Source of the DNA: Octopus sinensis
Lineage: Eukaryota
Assembly: GCF_006345805.1 (NCBI RefSeq)
Contig: NW_021834757.1
Location: 1-26,426 of the forward strand
DNA: 26,426 nucleotides
Direction: 5' to 3'
In this document: piece by piece, positions 10,238-23,095 of the stretch
Position numbering within the stretch: the stretch's first letter is position 1
How the letters are laid out: the number at the start of each line of letters is the position of its first letter
Position numbers and translations under genes: made by a program
Notes under the pieces: model-generated
Seen by the model: only the letters and a program-made list of their open reading frames with translations
Told to the model about the DNA's origin: nothing
Databases searched by the model: none

Positions 10238-10555
10238 TTATTAGAGAAAGGGCAGCACTCAGGAACGCTTTTTAAGGATCTCCATGACTAGTGAGGGAAA
10301 GGAGAAATTTAATTTCAAATCAGAAACTTAGCCCCAATGCTTACTAAAAACAAAAAGATCCTGGTAAAGGCACTAAAGAGCCAGGTAGTAGGGTTTAGAC
10401 CGGATAACAACAGAGTGGATCCTGCTAAAGACACCAAGAGCCAGGGGGAGGGATTAGAACGAGCAATCAGTCTCTCAAAAACACGAAGGATTCTTCAGAC
10501 GAGATTTCAAACAATTTCTGTTAACCAAATTCCATTTTATGGTAAAAAAATATTT

Positions 10556-10628
10556 GCCCAACGTACCGTGAAGTGGGATCGAATCCAAAAACACTTCGTT
10601 ACGTAACCAACTCCTTAACCACACAGTC
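10556..10628 (-). mobile_element. SINE family A head fragment
   Basis: gcccaacgtaccgtgaagtgggatcgaatcc...ccttaaccacacagtca is a diverged reverse complement of 481-555. Confidence 0.6.
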
Positions 10629-10863
10629 AATAGTGAAGTTAGCACCTAGCACAGGAGTTTTAGACCTCAGTCAGCGTTTAATTGTGCTTCTAATCAGAGC
10701 ACTTTATTCTGATTCACATAATCAGATATTGTTAACTTGTGACAGACTGACGTCTTATCCAGGGTTAGCCGTATCTATCTTTTAGTTTTACGCCTTAAAA
10801 TTATTGTTAAGTAACATTTACAAGTCTTTCAGGAGGCATTTACACATTCTTTTATATCCTGCA

Positions 10864-11066
10864 TGGTCGCTGGCCTGCTAAAAATAGCAACCAAATCTTT
10901 CTCAAATTACACGGTTACTGCTTTCATAAAGGGAGGAGACATTTGATGGTGTTGCAGATACAGAATGTCTGAAAAAACTATAGGCGGAATGGTCACAGCA
11001 GGAACGCCATTAATCTAAACCTGCTTTGATCAAGGTTAGCCTCGAACGACAACAACAACAACAACG
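10864..11066 (-). mobile_element. Dispersed repeat family D copy
   Basis: cctgctaaaaatagcaaccaaatct motif, ending in an (AAC)n run; reverse complement of the 8432-8600 type. Confidence 0.6.
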
Positions 11067-11319
11067 TGTTTGAAACTGTAATATAAATCGGTGATAGATT
11101 GTGAAATTGTTGAGAAGCAGACTACACAGGAAATATAAACGTATTTGTAAATGTTAAACGTGATATCAAACTAATTATTACAGTAATTAAGTCAGGTTAA
11201 TTAATTACAAATACATATTAATTTTGACATCGTTAAGATTATGATAAATGTCTGTGATAATCATAAACCCATCAAGATTAGCTTATGAGACAAAAATATT
11301 ATAATGTCACACATAGAGA

Positions 11320-11405
11320 GGAGGAAGAGAGTGAGAGTGAGAGTGAGTGAGTGAGTGAGTGAGAGAGGGAGAGAGTGAGTGAGTGAGTGAGTGAGAGAGG
11401 GAGAG
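11320..11405. repeat. (GAGT)n/(GA)n compound microsatellite
   Basis: Direct reading. Confidence 0.95.
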
Positions 11406-11480
11406 GTTGGTTTGTTTGAAATAAAGAATGCGCCTGGGATTGAATAATAATGTTTCTTCGAGTTGTGACTACTAGAACCA

Positions 11481-11560
11481 AGCATGGTTGTGTGGTTAGC
11501 AAGTTCACCTTCTAATCATGGTTTGCATGGTTCAATTACTCATTACTTCGAGCAAGTTTG
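11481..11560 (+). mobile_element. Degenerate SINE family A head
   Basis: gcatggttgtgtggttagcaag...ggttcaatt...cgagcaagt parallels 478-560. Confidence 0.5.
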
Positions 11561-11825
11561 TTTTTTTCCTTTGTCTCGCATGTAAGCAAAGTCTCTATTG
11601 CTCTCTCTCACACACACATAACCTATATATAAAGCTTAGTCGTCACTCGCAAGCGAGTATGAACTGGTAGCATTGGGCAAATTCCTGTTAAAGATAGCTG
11701 TGTAGACACAAAGAGTCAAAGGCTACTTCAAGGCCCTCACTCTTTCAACTCAGCATCATCGAGGATGTGACAGCTGAGTGAGAGAGAGGTGGGGGAGAAG
11801 TGCCCTAGTACTTGATAGATACACA

Positions 11826-11931
11826 ATCACGGCTGACTGGACTGCAGCAACATGAAATGAAGTGACTTGTTCAAGGACACGTGTAGTCCAGGAATCGAAG
11901 CCACGATCTTATGACCGTAACGCCAACACCC
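11826..11931 (-). mobile_element. SINE family B fragment; head truncated by the adjacent element
   Basis: ggctgactggactgcagcaacatgaaatgaagtgacttgttcaaggacac...ggaatcgaagccacgatc is a reverse-complement homologue of ~4485-4580, including the B box. Confidence 0.7.
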
Positions 11932-12351
11932 TGCAGGATGAAAAACAAAACCCATCAAAGGGCGGAGGAACTCTTGAGAGTCAACGGCCATCCAATAAAT
12001 GTCTTAAGGATGTATCATGCGCGGGGACATAGAAATAATTGGACTGAATACCCGATCGCGCTGTTAAACCATTGGGAGTGAAGGACTCCGAGCCTTTGTT
12101 AGGGCATCTTTCTAGGAGAAGGTAACTCAGGTAACTGGGATAACTCCGACATAAAACCTGCGGCTCAGTGGTTACCGATGATGTTGACCTGTTCTTCTTT
12201 TCGGATTATGGCTGCTGTTGCTTAGTGAGTGGGATTGACTCAGTGCACAACCTTTCCTCACTTAAAAAAAAATCTTGCACAGGCATTGCACGATAACAAC
12301 ATTGATTAAGCTTCGTGCAATGGCCATACTCGATAACGAGGGGCAGCCACC
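11932..12351 (+). mobile_element. RTE-clade LINE 5' leader or RTE-derived non-autonomous element
   Basis: Contains gagcctttgttagggcatctttctaggagaaggtaactc, similar to the 'agccttgg..aggcaaccagtctaggagaaggaaaactc' signature I recall from RTE 5' UTRs. No ORF follows; ends in (ATGT)n. Confidence 0.55.
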
Positions 12352-12384
<33 letters not shown>

Positions 12385-12485
12385 TGTACGTGTGTATGTA
12401 TGTAGTAATCTGTGTATATATTGGGATAGAGTGAAAACAATCGGTGCGTTGGATTAAATTACCTTCCCCAGGAAGGAACCTCCAG

Positions 12486-12660
12486 TGCTAGAAATTACAA
12501 CCAAATCTTCCTCTGATCACAATCTACCATGTTTTAAAAGGAGCACGTTAGATTATACAGTCCAGGGCGCTCTACATACAGGAAAGAAGAACGGGATTGT
12601 CATGGCTAGAAGGCCACGAATATACAGAGCGCTGAGATCTCCTATGGCCAAAACATATCC
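12486..12660 (-). mobile_element. Dispersed repeat family D copy
   Basis: tgctagaaattacaaccaaatct motif shared with 10876-10898. Confidence 0.5.
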
Positions 12661-13377
12661 AAAGTTTTATTCCTTACTTTTCGAAAATGATTAAAATGCC
12701 ATTTATTGAGTCAAAGTTGTCTTTTACTCAGCGCATAATACTTTTAAGTTTATGCTACGCTCCTCTCTATATTAAAAATGTTATGATAAACCCAAAGTAT
12801 TTGTTTAAAACCCGCTCAGCTTAGTTATTACAGCTGGAAAAAACATTTCAAACATTTTCAAGAATAATAACCGTGTAAATGCTTTAGAATTGTCATTAAT
12901 TATTAGAAAACAAAATTTATTAATCTGTTGTTAGAATTTTTGCTATTTGCCGAGGGAAAACATTAATGGCTTTGATTAAGATGCTTTTTTTTTAATCTTC
13001 AGAAAATACATTTCTTTATTTATTTCTATACTTGTTTACTTTACAGGAAATTCATATCTTTTAAATAAATATAATAAATATATTAAACAATTTATGGATT
13101 TCGAGAGAAAAATGAAAAATAAAAGATAAATCGGTAAATATTTTGACTGACTTCTTTGATATAAAACGTTCTTAATATTTTGAATAAATCAATTTTTTTT
13201 TCACAAACGTCTTTGAATTTCAATTCTTTAAATTTCTTTATTTTGTAAATCAAGAGAAGACAATAAGATAAATAAACATTATTAAAATTAATTTCATTCA
13301 ATATGTCATGTACACAAAGCTTAATTGCTTCTGTTTTCCAATAACTCCATATTTATTACATTTAGCCAGTTAGGAGG

Positions 13378-13630
13378 TGGGGTGAAAGGAAGGCGGGGAG
13401 CGGAGAACGAAAGGAGGAAGAGGAGGGGGAGGAGGAGTGGCAAAGAGAAGAGAGTGTGGGAAGTAACGATTTCTGAGATGTGTTTAAGTCTCCTTTCGGC
13501 TCTGTGTTCGATTTCTGCCGTGATTCTGCAGTATGGGATGGTGGTCTATAAATAGAAAATACCTGTCATATATTGAGGAGGACCTCTTTTCTTGACTACC
13601 CCCACCAACCCACACACTCCTTATAAAAAT
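13378..13630 (+). promoter_or_regulatory. Candidate Pol II promoter
   Basis: GA-rich tract 13378-13465; CTATAAATAG 13546-13555 (TATA box coinciding with the MEF2 consensus YTA(W)4TAR); CACC-rich element ~13599-13620; second TATAAAA at 13622-13628; preceded by a very AT-rich block 12700-13320. Confidence 0.4.
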
Positions 13631-14119
13631 TGTGGCTCCCCAATTAATATTTTGTAGTTTGGAGACAAAACTCTGCAATCTGAGATCAGAACCCGTCGAG
13701 GCCAAATTTGCCTTTTATTGTTTTGGGGGTCGATAAATAAACAGCCAGCCAAATATTGGCGTCGATTCTCTTTTCTTCCCTCTCTCTCTCTCAATAAGTT
13801 GTCGTGTAAAAAAACACCCAAACGAAGACAGGAGGAACTATCTTTGTAAACTCTCCACTTAATTCTATAACCAGAAAATAGTATTTCTGATGGAAACCAC
13901 CAGAGGCCGGTCGTCAATCTGATGTTACAAGTAAAAAAAATGAAATAGAGGATGAGGCACTGATAGAATTTAATATTTGTCTCAAAAATAGAAATTTTCT
14001 TAGGTTCCTTTAAAACTAACAAAAGGAGTCGTTTATAAATTCTTCACCGTATTTTGGTAAATCTATGCTGTCATTTCAAACCCTGCCCCAGGTTGACACT
14101 CGCATTTCCTCTCCCAAGA

Positions 14120-14201
14120 ATGGAGAAGACAATACACCGCATCAGAAGTTCCATGACCAGTTCTATGTCATCTTTTACAAAAGAGTTACCATTCTTAGAA
14201 A
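14120..14201 (+). CDS. Candidate first coding exon, unknown gene (MEKTIHRIRSSMTSSMSSFTKELPFLE, phase 1)
   Basis: ATG in strong Kozak context (aagaATGg), 27 open codons, then a consensus donor AA|GTGAGT at 14202-14207. Lies ~500 bp downstream of the candidate promoter; a possible acceptor at 14090-14091 keeps the same frame open. Confidence 0.4.
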
Positions 14202-14499
14202 GTGAGTAATCATCAAGATTACTGCTGGTTGTTCGGTTTGCTGGCTGTAACCGAGAAAACAAATCATGTTTTGTCTTTTAATTAGTTAATTAGTTGGTGT
14301 GATTGTTGATACAATAGGATGGAATAGTTTAGAATTTTGCTTCGCAACCCCAATCCCGGTTTCAATGCCACTGCGCGATACATCTTGACTAGATGTCCTT
14401 TTCCCTTTCCTTGGATCAGCCCATACGTTGTGAATGACACTAAGAGGGCTGAAATTGTACTGAAGCCCGTCAGGTGGTTTGTACATGGAATTCAAAAGT

Positions 14500-14650
14500 T
14501 ACAACCTTGTCAGGGTATCATGCTGATCTTGTCTGAGAATTACGTTAAGGGTACACGTGTCTGCGGAATACTCAGCCACATACATGTTCATTTCACTAGT
14601 AGGAAGTGGCGTGCTTAAATAATTGAATGATCATCGTTGAAACCGACGAG
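14500..14650 (+). mobile_element. SINE family B 3' body fragment
   Basis: ctgagaattacgttaagggtacacgtgtctgcggaatactcagcc...aaccgacgag aligns with 4614-4735. Confidence 0.75.
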
Positions 14651-15197
14651 AAACCATTGACAATATTGAGCTCCATCAGTGGGAAGCCGAGTAGGGAAAC
14701 TTCAAATTATTGGTCTCGTGGTCGGAATATTTTCCACAAAATGGACTCTGCCAAAGGTCTTCCCACACCCCAACATCCAGGTGATGGTGGTGGTGGAGAA
14801 TCAAACGAGAATGGAGAAAAAATAAAAAAGAGCAAAAAAAAAAGAAACATCTGAAGTTTATTTTTAATCTTGGATTGTAAAAGACCATTTTCATTTGGCA
14901 TCGGATTTAATGAGGAATTTAAAATGAGAGAAAGCAAAGAGTCTGGCACTGAAAAAAAATGATTTTGTAGTTTAATGGAGCCATTGTTGGTTTAGTATAT
15001 AAATAGGAGGTGGCCATTGTTGGAGTGTTTGAAAAGAACCACATTAAATAATGTACACTTGGCGGATAGTCATGGACTTTGTGTGTGTATAGTCTCTGGG
15101 AATAAATGTATCTATGTATACATATATACATAAATACATACATACATATATACATACATGAATACCTACATATATACATACATGTGGTTTTTCTCTA

Positions 15198-15271
<74 letters not shown>

Positions 15272-15540
15272 CTTTGTAAAAAAGATTATGATGATGATGA
15301 TGATGATGGTGGTGTGGTGGTGGTGGTGGTGGTAGCATATTCAATAGAGAAATGAAAGTTTAGAGTAGCGAATGCTTTGAGATGTTCCACTTGTGTCAAT
15401 GAATACCATTAGAGAGTTTTTTTTATCTCTCTTCTTTGCAGATGATTATTTGATAGTGTATGTGTGTGTGGGGGGGGGATGAAGTATTTGTGGATATATG
15501 TCTGAGAGTCTGGAGATAGATAGAATGAAAGACAGAATGA

Positions 15541-15670
<130 letters not shown>

Positions 15671-16785
15671 GATTCTGTAGTTCCTCAAAAGTTAAATAAA
15701 AACAATATCAGACATAAGTATGTATTTGAAATATTCACACACACACACACACACACACACTTGAAGAGTTGAGTAGTAAAACCAGTTCAACGTTTTAATC
15801 TTCGGCTAAAATATAACAATTCGTTGTCTTGTCACTGTTAAAGGAGCCAACGTTAGCTGCAGTGTGTGTGTGTGTGTGGTGTGTGTGTGCACAAATACTT
15901 TGTATAAATTTAATTTGAAGGACACACGTTTGACCGGAAGTTGTGAAGTCTGTTGACTGAAAGAAAAGAAAAAAAAAGACACGTAGCAAAATATGCCTCC
16001 CCCCACTCATCCCCTGCTGTCTCGCCGTTAAACAAACGCTTTGACAGCAGGAAATAAAACATTAATTCCTTCGGACTTGATGTAAATTTTGGAAACGAAA
16101 CGGTCAAGATGCGATGCTGAAACATTCATGCTTTCCCGAGGATACAAGTAAAATAATTGCGGTTTCGTCTCCAATTCTCGCGTGGGCCTTGAGTTTATCC
16201 TAGAGACAGGAAACAAAACATTTAGCAGTGGATGGGGGGTTCTGGGAATTTATTAATTGTTTCCTGTTTTGTTGTAAAGTTAGTTGAATCTTAATTGTTC
16301 TTTAAAATTTAATTAGTTAATGTTTGAAGAGCAGATAAGAAACCTGTGCCCTGGTCCATGAACTGTCGCAGCTGTAGTTTATAGGATTTTGTTTAAAGAA
16401 TTTAACTTGATACAGTTAGCAACATTAAAAACTGAAACTGAAGACTGACCGAAATACCGGGAATTCAGGGCTAAAATAAAGGAATTTAAAAGGATATCAG
16501 TGGAGATCTTCAAGGATCAAGATGTAAGCCCTTGAGAAGCCAAAGCTTTGCTAGATCTTCTTCAGTTAAGCAAAAATCATCCGGTGATGGTGCAGATGAA
16601 TTAAAAACAATTACGTAGATCATAGCGTTTGTTTGATTAGATATGGCGGGGGTACCACATAACCATTTTAGATTCTTGTTTCAAGATACATGGAAAAAGG
16701 TCCAAAAGGCTGCAACTAGCGAAACAATATTGCAGAAGCCATCACGGATTCTTCATTTAAAATGGTTTATCTAATTGTTCTTTAG

Positions 16786-16839
16786 TGACACATAAAGAGG
16801 AGGAGAAGTGTGAAATGGATGAGATAAGAACAGATTCGG
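16786..16839 (+). CDS. Candidate 54-nt phase 1-1 internal exon (M-THKEEEKCEMDEIRTDS-G)
   Basis: ctaattgttctttag acceptor and G|GTGAGT donor at 16840. Open in the frame required by the 14120-14201 exon. Confidence 0.25.
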
Positions 16840-17608
16840 GTGAGTCGGTAGAGCATCTGTATTTCGTTATGGTTTTTTATGTTCTGAGTCCAAATTCCAT
16901 CGATCCCAACTTCCCCCCCCCCCCGTCCTGCTTAGAGTCGATGAAATTATGTACCAATCAAGGATTGGGAACAGTGTAATCAATTATTCACCGACACGAA
17001 ATTTAAGGTATTTTATCAATGTTCAAGATCGATTATGTATTATCCAAATCCATGAGATATTAAACACTTTGGTACGGTTTATATAACGTTCAAATCTCAA
17101 TATAAATCTCATATGTATGTCTATATGCATGTATGAGTGTACATGTGTGTGTGTGTATGCGTGTGTATAGTGTGTGTGTGTGTACATATATGTGTGTGTG
17201 TATGTGTGTATGTATGTATATATATTACGTAAATACATACTGGAATATGTATATATTTATATATGTGTATGAACGCAAAACGAATACACACTAACGCACA
17301 CGTACACACACACACACACACACACACACATGCATTCATATACACCTGTGTGTATTTCTAATGGAAATCTGAAATCCAACGCCCTCTGCAGGCCGTGACT
17401 CCCAGTTCCATTTGCCAGTTAAATTCCACACTTGAGACCTTACAACTCATCGTAAGTTATAAAATTATGTAATTACATTTCTTCTATGTTTAATTACAAA
17501 CAAACTTTCCTTTTCCTTCTCTCTTTCTTTCTTTGTTTCATTTTTTGTTCGATCACTGTCTTTCGCTCATGTATACACGCACATACACATGAAGTCAACT
17601 GATATATA

Positions 17609-17764
<156 letters not shown>

Positions 17765-18359
17765 TATTAAACTATTTATAAATACTACACCCACCCACAG
17801 ACACACACATACACACACGTACACTGACACGGACACGGACGCACACGCGCGCACAAGCACACACTACAAGGAGTTCATATACATAGGTACATACCTAGAT
17901 ACAATGCAAGTACTTCATGAATACATAATCTAAACATCGAAATGAAAAATGACTTCAGTGGAAAGCAAACAAACAAACAAATAAGCCGAGATGTCCGAAA
18001 GCGGCGGCCAAATTGACTCTGGCCGTTTGACGAGGGAAATTGACAAATGCCTTGTTAGGTCAACAGGTTGAAGAACACGTTGGGAAATACGCACACATAC
18101 ACTCACACGCATATACATGCACACAGGCACACAAAGAAGATAGACTCGCAGGTAGACTATGACTGAAAAGAGATAAATAATTGATAAATAGATAATAAAA
18201 GACATAGGTAAGTTGTGATGAGTAATATTAATTTTGCTTAGTTTCTTATCAGGGAAGAGAGAAACTTTAAATATACTTCATGTCGTGTGTGCGTGTGTGT
18301 GTGCGTGTGTGTGTGTATGTGTGTGTGTGTGTGTGTGTGTCTGTATGTGCGCGTGCGCG

Positions 18360-18424
<65 letters not shown>

Positions 18425-18635
18425 TATATGTATATAGGTATGTATGTGTGTATGTAGTATGTATGTAATGTTGCCGACAAGATAGGAAAGTTGGCCTTTT
18501 GCTACCCAAGAGATTCATATCTTGTCTGGAAAGTTCTAATGTAAATCACTTCGTCTTTTCATTGATTTTTGTGTATGTGTATACATGTATATACAAATAC
18601 ACATGTATATACATACACATGTATATATATATATA

Positions 18636-18692
<57 letters not shown>

Positions 18693-19326
18693 ATTATATA
18701 CATACATATACATCTGTGTGTACATGACGCTGTTGGTTGTATATTATTCTACACACTTCAAACAAATTGCAATGTTCAACTACCCAACCACCCATCCAAC
18801 CAGCCAATAAGCAATGCTACCACCCTCTCTGTCGCCATCATCATCATCTTCATCAACATCATCGTCGTCGTCGTCATGAGGGAGATAGACGGTAAACCCT
18901 GTTCGTTTTTCCGTCCTAAGGTTATACGGTTTTACGCAGTGTCCACTTGGTCTTGCTTTGATGTGCCATAGATGCGGCACCAACCGATGTGTCACTGTGT
19001 GACGTTGGTGGACTACCATTCTTAAATGGGAGCATGAACGGTGCGCTTACTGCTACCAGGATGTTGGTGATAGGAGGCGGAAATTGAACCTGGAACACAA
19101 AGAGTCAGAACAGATACCAGAAGACACCTTGTCCTTCACTAAAACCCTCCTGCTCTTTAACCTTCAGTACTGGATTGGATCCCCCATTGGAGGTAAAACA
19201 TAGTTGGCATTGGTGAAATTCGAGCTCAGCGCATGAATATGCACAAAGAAATTTCCAGTGGGTGTATGTTTGTATGTATGTGTGTATGTGCGTAAATATA
19301 TATATGCTTACATACATATATGTATA

Positions 19327-19386
<60 letters not shown>

Positions 19387-20342
19387 TATATATATACACA
19401 CACATTATATGTGTGCGTGTGTGTGCGTGCACGCACGCGAATATATATGAACACACACGCACTCACATTTACATATATCTGTGTATATAAGTTAATAAAC
19501 TTAATACTATTTACTTCAATACATTTTCTGTTAATTAACATAATTAAGCTATTGAACATATTAGACCAGATTAATCTATTCACGTGACACTGTCCACTCA
19601 AAGATGACCGCTGGTCAACGCTTTACAATATGTCTTTAACTCCTTAGCCATTAATACATTGCGTGTCGAATTGAACGCGATGTTGGTTGATTGTCGACCC
19701 ATTCATGGATGGCTTCCTTATCGATTACCGGGACACATTAATCAATTATTATTGATTTTATATTATTTAGCTGGGGTTCATTTACTTTCTAAATTGATCG
19801 AAATCTGTGTTTAGCTGTTTCTCCTGACATTAATCATATCAGAAAGTCACGTGAGCTATTTAGGGGTCAATACCTTCAATCTGTGAGTTTACTCTGGAAT
19901 TGTAGCCTCTCTCCAGATTTATTGACTGCAGAGATGAAGAGATGATTTGAAAGAGGAGACACTCAGTTTGATAGACAAGACACTGTTTCGTGTCGATGAC
20001 ACAGTTCGATGGGCAAGGCAATGTTTGACAGACAAGTCATAGTTTATAAGGCTTTTGTTTGATATACTTCTTTATCCAACAATTTCTTCGACTAAACCAA
20101 TATCTTTTTTATCAAACGTTGCCCACTTTATCAAGCATTGTCTCTTTTATCGAACATATTGATTCTATCATTAAGCAGAGTCAATCAAGTAGCCGACTCC
20201 ATCAAACAATGTACCCACCCACTCCACCACCACCCCGCCACACCACTACATACAACAAACTAGTTTTACCTTCACCAAACTATTTCTATCAACCTTCCTA
20301 TGTCGGTGCGTACTTGATTCTGTATATCTGTCCGTATCTTTA

Positions 20343-20345
<3 letters not shown>

Positions 20346-20430
<85 letters not shown>
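20346..20430. repeat. Pure (CA)n microsatellite
   Basis: Direct reading. Confidence 0.97.
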
Positions 20431-20433
<3 letters not shown>

Positions 20434-21313
20434 CATTTATATGTCTACATACGTACACATTAATAGCTATATATACATATTAATGCATGCATGTGTGTAA
20501 AATATGGACGTACTCGTTAGGTAGGGAGATGCTATGAAAAGAAAACAATCGGATCGAGTTTATAGAGGGAAACGGTGACCAATGAATGCCTTGAGACAAT
20601 AAATAAAGGAATAAATGAATAAATGCATGGCTGTTTGTGTTGGTCACAAGAATTAATGAAGTCTTAAAAAGTAAAACCAGATGATTCACAGAACTTTATT
20701 CTGTCACACAACAAAACACGATCAACAATTCCTCTGTCCGAAACCGTTATAAAACAAGTGTGAAAAAAGTATCGAGTAAAATGAAAAGTTTAAAGCAAAA
20801 ACAAAATAAATTATTCAAAGATAATAGCAAGATTTTATTCCAAAGACGGTGCCTGTAAATGTCAGTGTCAACTTGTAAATCGTAATTTACAGGCAAATAA
20901 AAAACTTGTCTATTTATTTCGTTTTATTATGTTGGTCACGCAAGCAATTGCATTTTCCAGTCGGCAAACCTTTACACTTTTCGAAGATACTCTAATTACG
21001 TCACTAATTAGCTGATAACACGAGTTCTGTCCTACAGAAACCTATAAGTCAAAATCAAGTCGATATCCTCAAAATCTCTAACATCAAGACCTTCGTTCAT
21101 AATTCAGTTATTTAACGAATTTACTGAATATAAAACTCAGACATATTCGGAAAGACGATTAGTTTCCTTAACAACCAGTTTATATTACTTTTGAAACTAC
21201 ATCAACATTTCAAATGTTATGACATAATTGTTATAACTATGAACAGCGGTGGACTTAGAGTTGCACCGTGGCTAACGCCATCACTTTGCCTTTCGGTGAC
21301 TTTAGTGAGACAG

Positions 21314-21480
21314 GCATGACTGGATGGTAAAGAAATCTGTTTTGCAACCGAATGGTTCCAGGATCAGTGCTATAGATTTGAGAGGAACAATGTCTTGTTA
21401 ACAAATTGCAAAAACAGAAACTGCATGGAAGCCCGTCGTATATATGTATACGTACGTATATATCAATATATAGATACACG

Positions 21481-21558
<78 letters not shown>

Positions 21559-21790
21559 TATATGTATATATATATTATATATATATATATATTATATATA
21601 TATATTATATATATATACATACAATACATATTACATATATATACTTACATGCACACGCTAAAGATTCACACACACACACAGGTGCGAGTGTGTGTCTCAC
21701 AGTCACTGGATTGTCAACTAATCCAGCACCACGTGGACTGTTATTCTCTTGCAAAGAGAAAAACATCAATAGAATCTGGTACAGAATGGT
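21314..21790 (+). mobile_element. Degenerate SINE family A with an expanded internal (CT)/(AT)/(CA) microsatellite
   Basis: Head ggcatgactggatggtaaagaa...accgaatggttccaggatcagt...gaaactgcatggaagcccgtcgtatatatg matches 478-620. A weak tail match at ~21690-21790 (aaaacatcaatagaatctggtac). Confidence 0.6.
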
Positions 21791-22256
21791 AAATGGACAG
21801 ACGTGTCCAACGCATTGCTCTGTTAAACAACTGACCTCTGCACAAAACCTCTGACGGTGTGGTATCGTCACCAAATGTCCATACTTAATGATTCTAAGAG
21901 AAAATATTCTACTTTGGTTTTCTCTATCCTCAATGTTTATGTCGGTGATTCCTTTGTCTCAGTTCCACAGACATATTTCTGCAAACACAAAGACGGTTCC
22001 GACAGATTGTTATCTTAGAAGAGAACCGCCTTATATCAAGAAAGATGACCATTGTATTTGCTGAAGAATCTTCGAGAATAACGAAAATATCAAACTAAAT
22101 AACAGCGAAGGGTTTTCTATGATACAACTTGAATCGTTCTTTGTTTTCTTACACGGAATACTAAATATAATAATATCAATACTTTCACCCTCACACACAC
22201 GCACACACACTTCACTCGTTCTTTAGGCATATGTTTCTATCTGTTTTAATCTTTCA

Positions 22257-22296
<40 letters not shown>

Positions 22297-22632
22297 ATCT
22301 ATCTATCTATCTATCTATTTGCCTATCTATCTATCTCATACACGCACATCCTTTCACTCTAAGACCAACCATAAACATTTATACAGGCATACATAAACAT
22401 ACATTCACTTAAACATACAAATACACTTTCTCCCTCTCTCGTACACACACATACATACATATGTTATATACACGCATGTTTACAGATGTTTATATTTACA
22501 TATTATATATACATAAATACATACATATATATGTGTGTGTATATCTATATATATGTGTGTGTGTGTACAGACGCATGCATAAGTATATACTTGTATATAT
22601 CTGAATACACTCACACACACGAATACACACTC

Positions 22633-22663
<31 letters not shown>

Positions 22664-23036
22664 TGTGCGCATACATACACTATCACAAATTACAAAATAT
22701 AACTACAAATATGTCAGCCTCATTTTCCGCATCTTTTATGTGTCACCATTTTCAAATATGGCGTGGTGGAGTTTTTATACATCCATCGTTGCTTGTTTGT
22801 CCAATCAATATCCTATTACAAGTCAATGTCAACTGTGCGCTTGTTTAGAAACAGAACGCTGTAAGTGAAACTTCAACATTTGCTATTCACACAAGCTTTG
22901 CAGTCATTACAATTCGAGCGGTGAAATCATTATCACTCGTCACTTTATAATCCATTACTATACATGTCGAATTATGACTAAACTGCACTGCTTCCAGCTT
23001 CATGCTAACTTCCATCAAGGGATACATATGTGTGTG

Positions 23037-23095
<59 letters not shown>

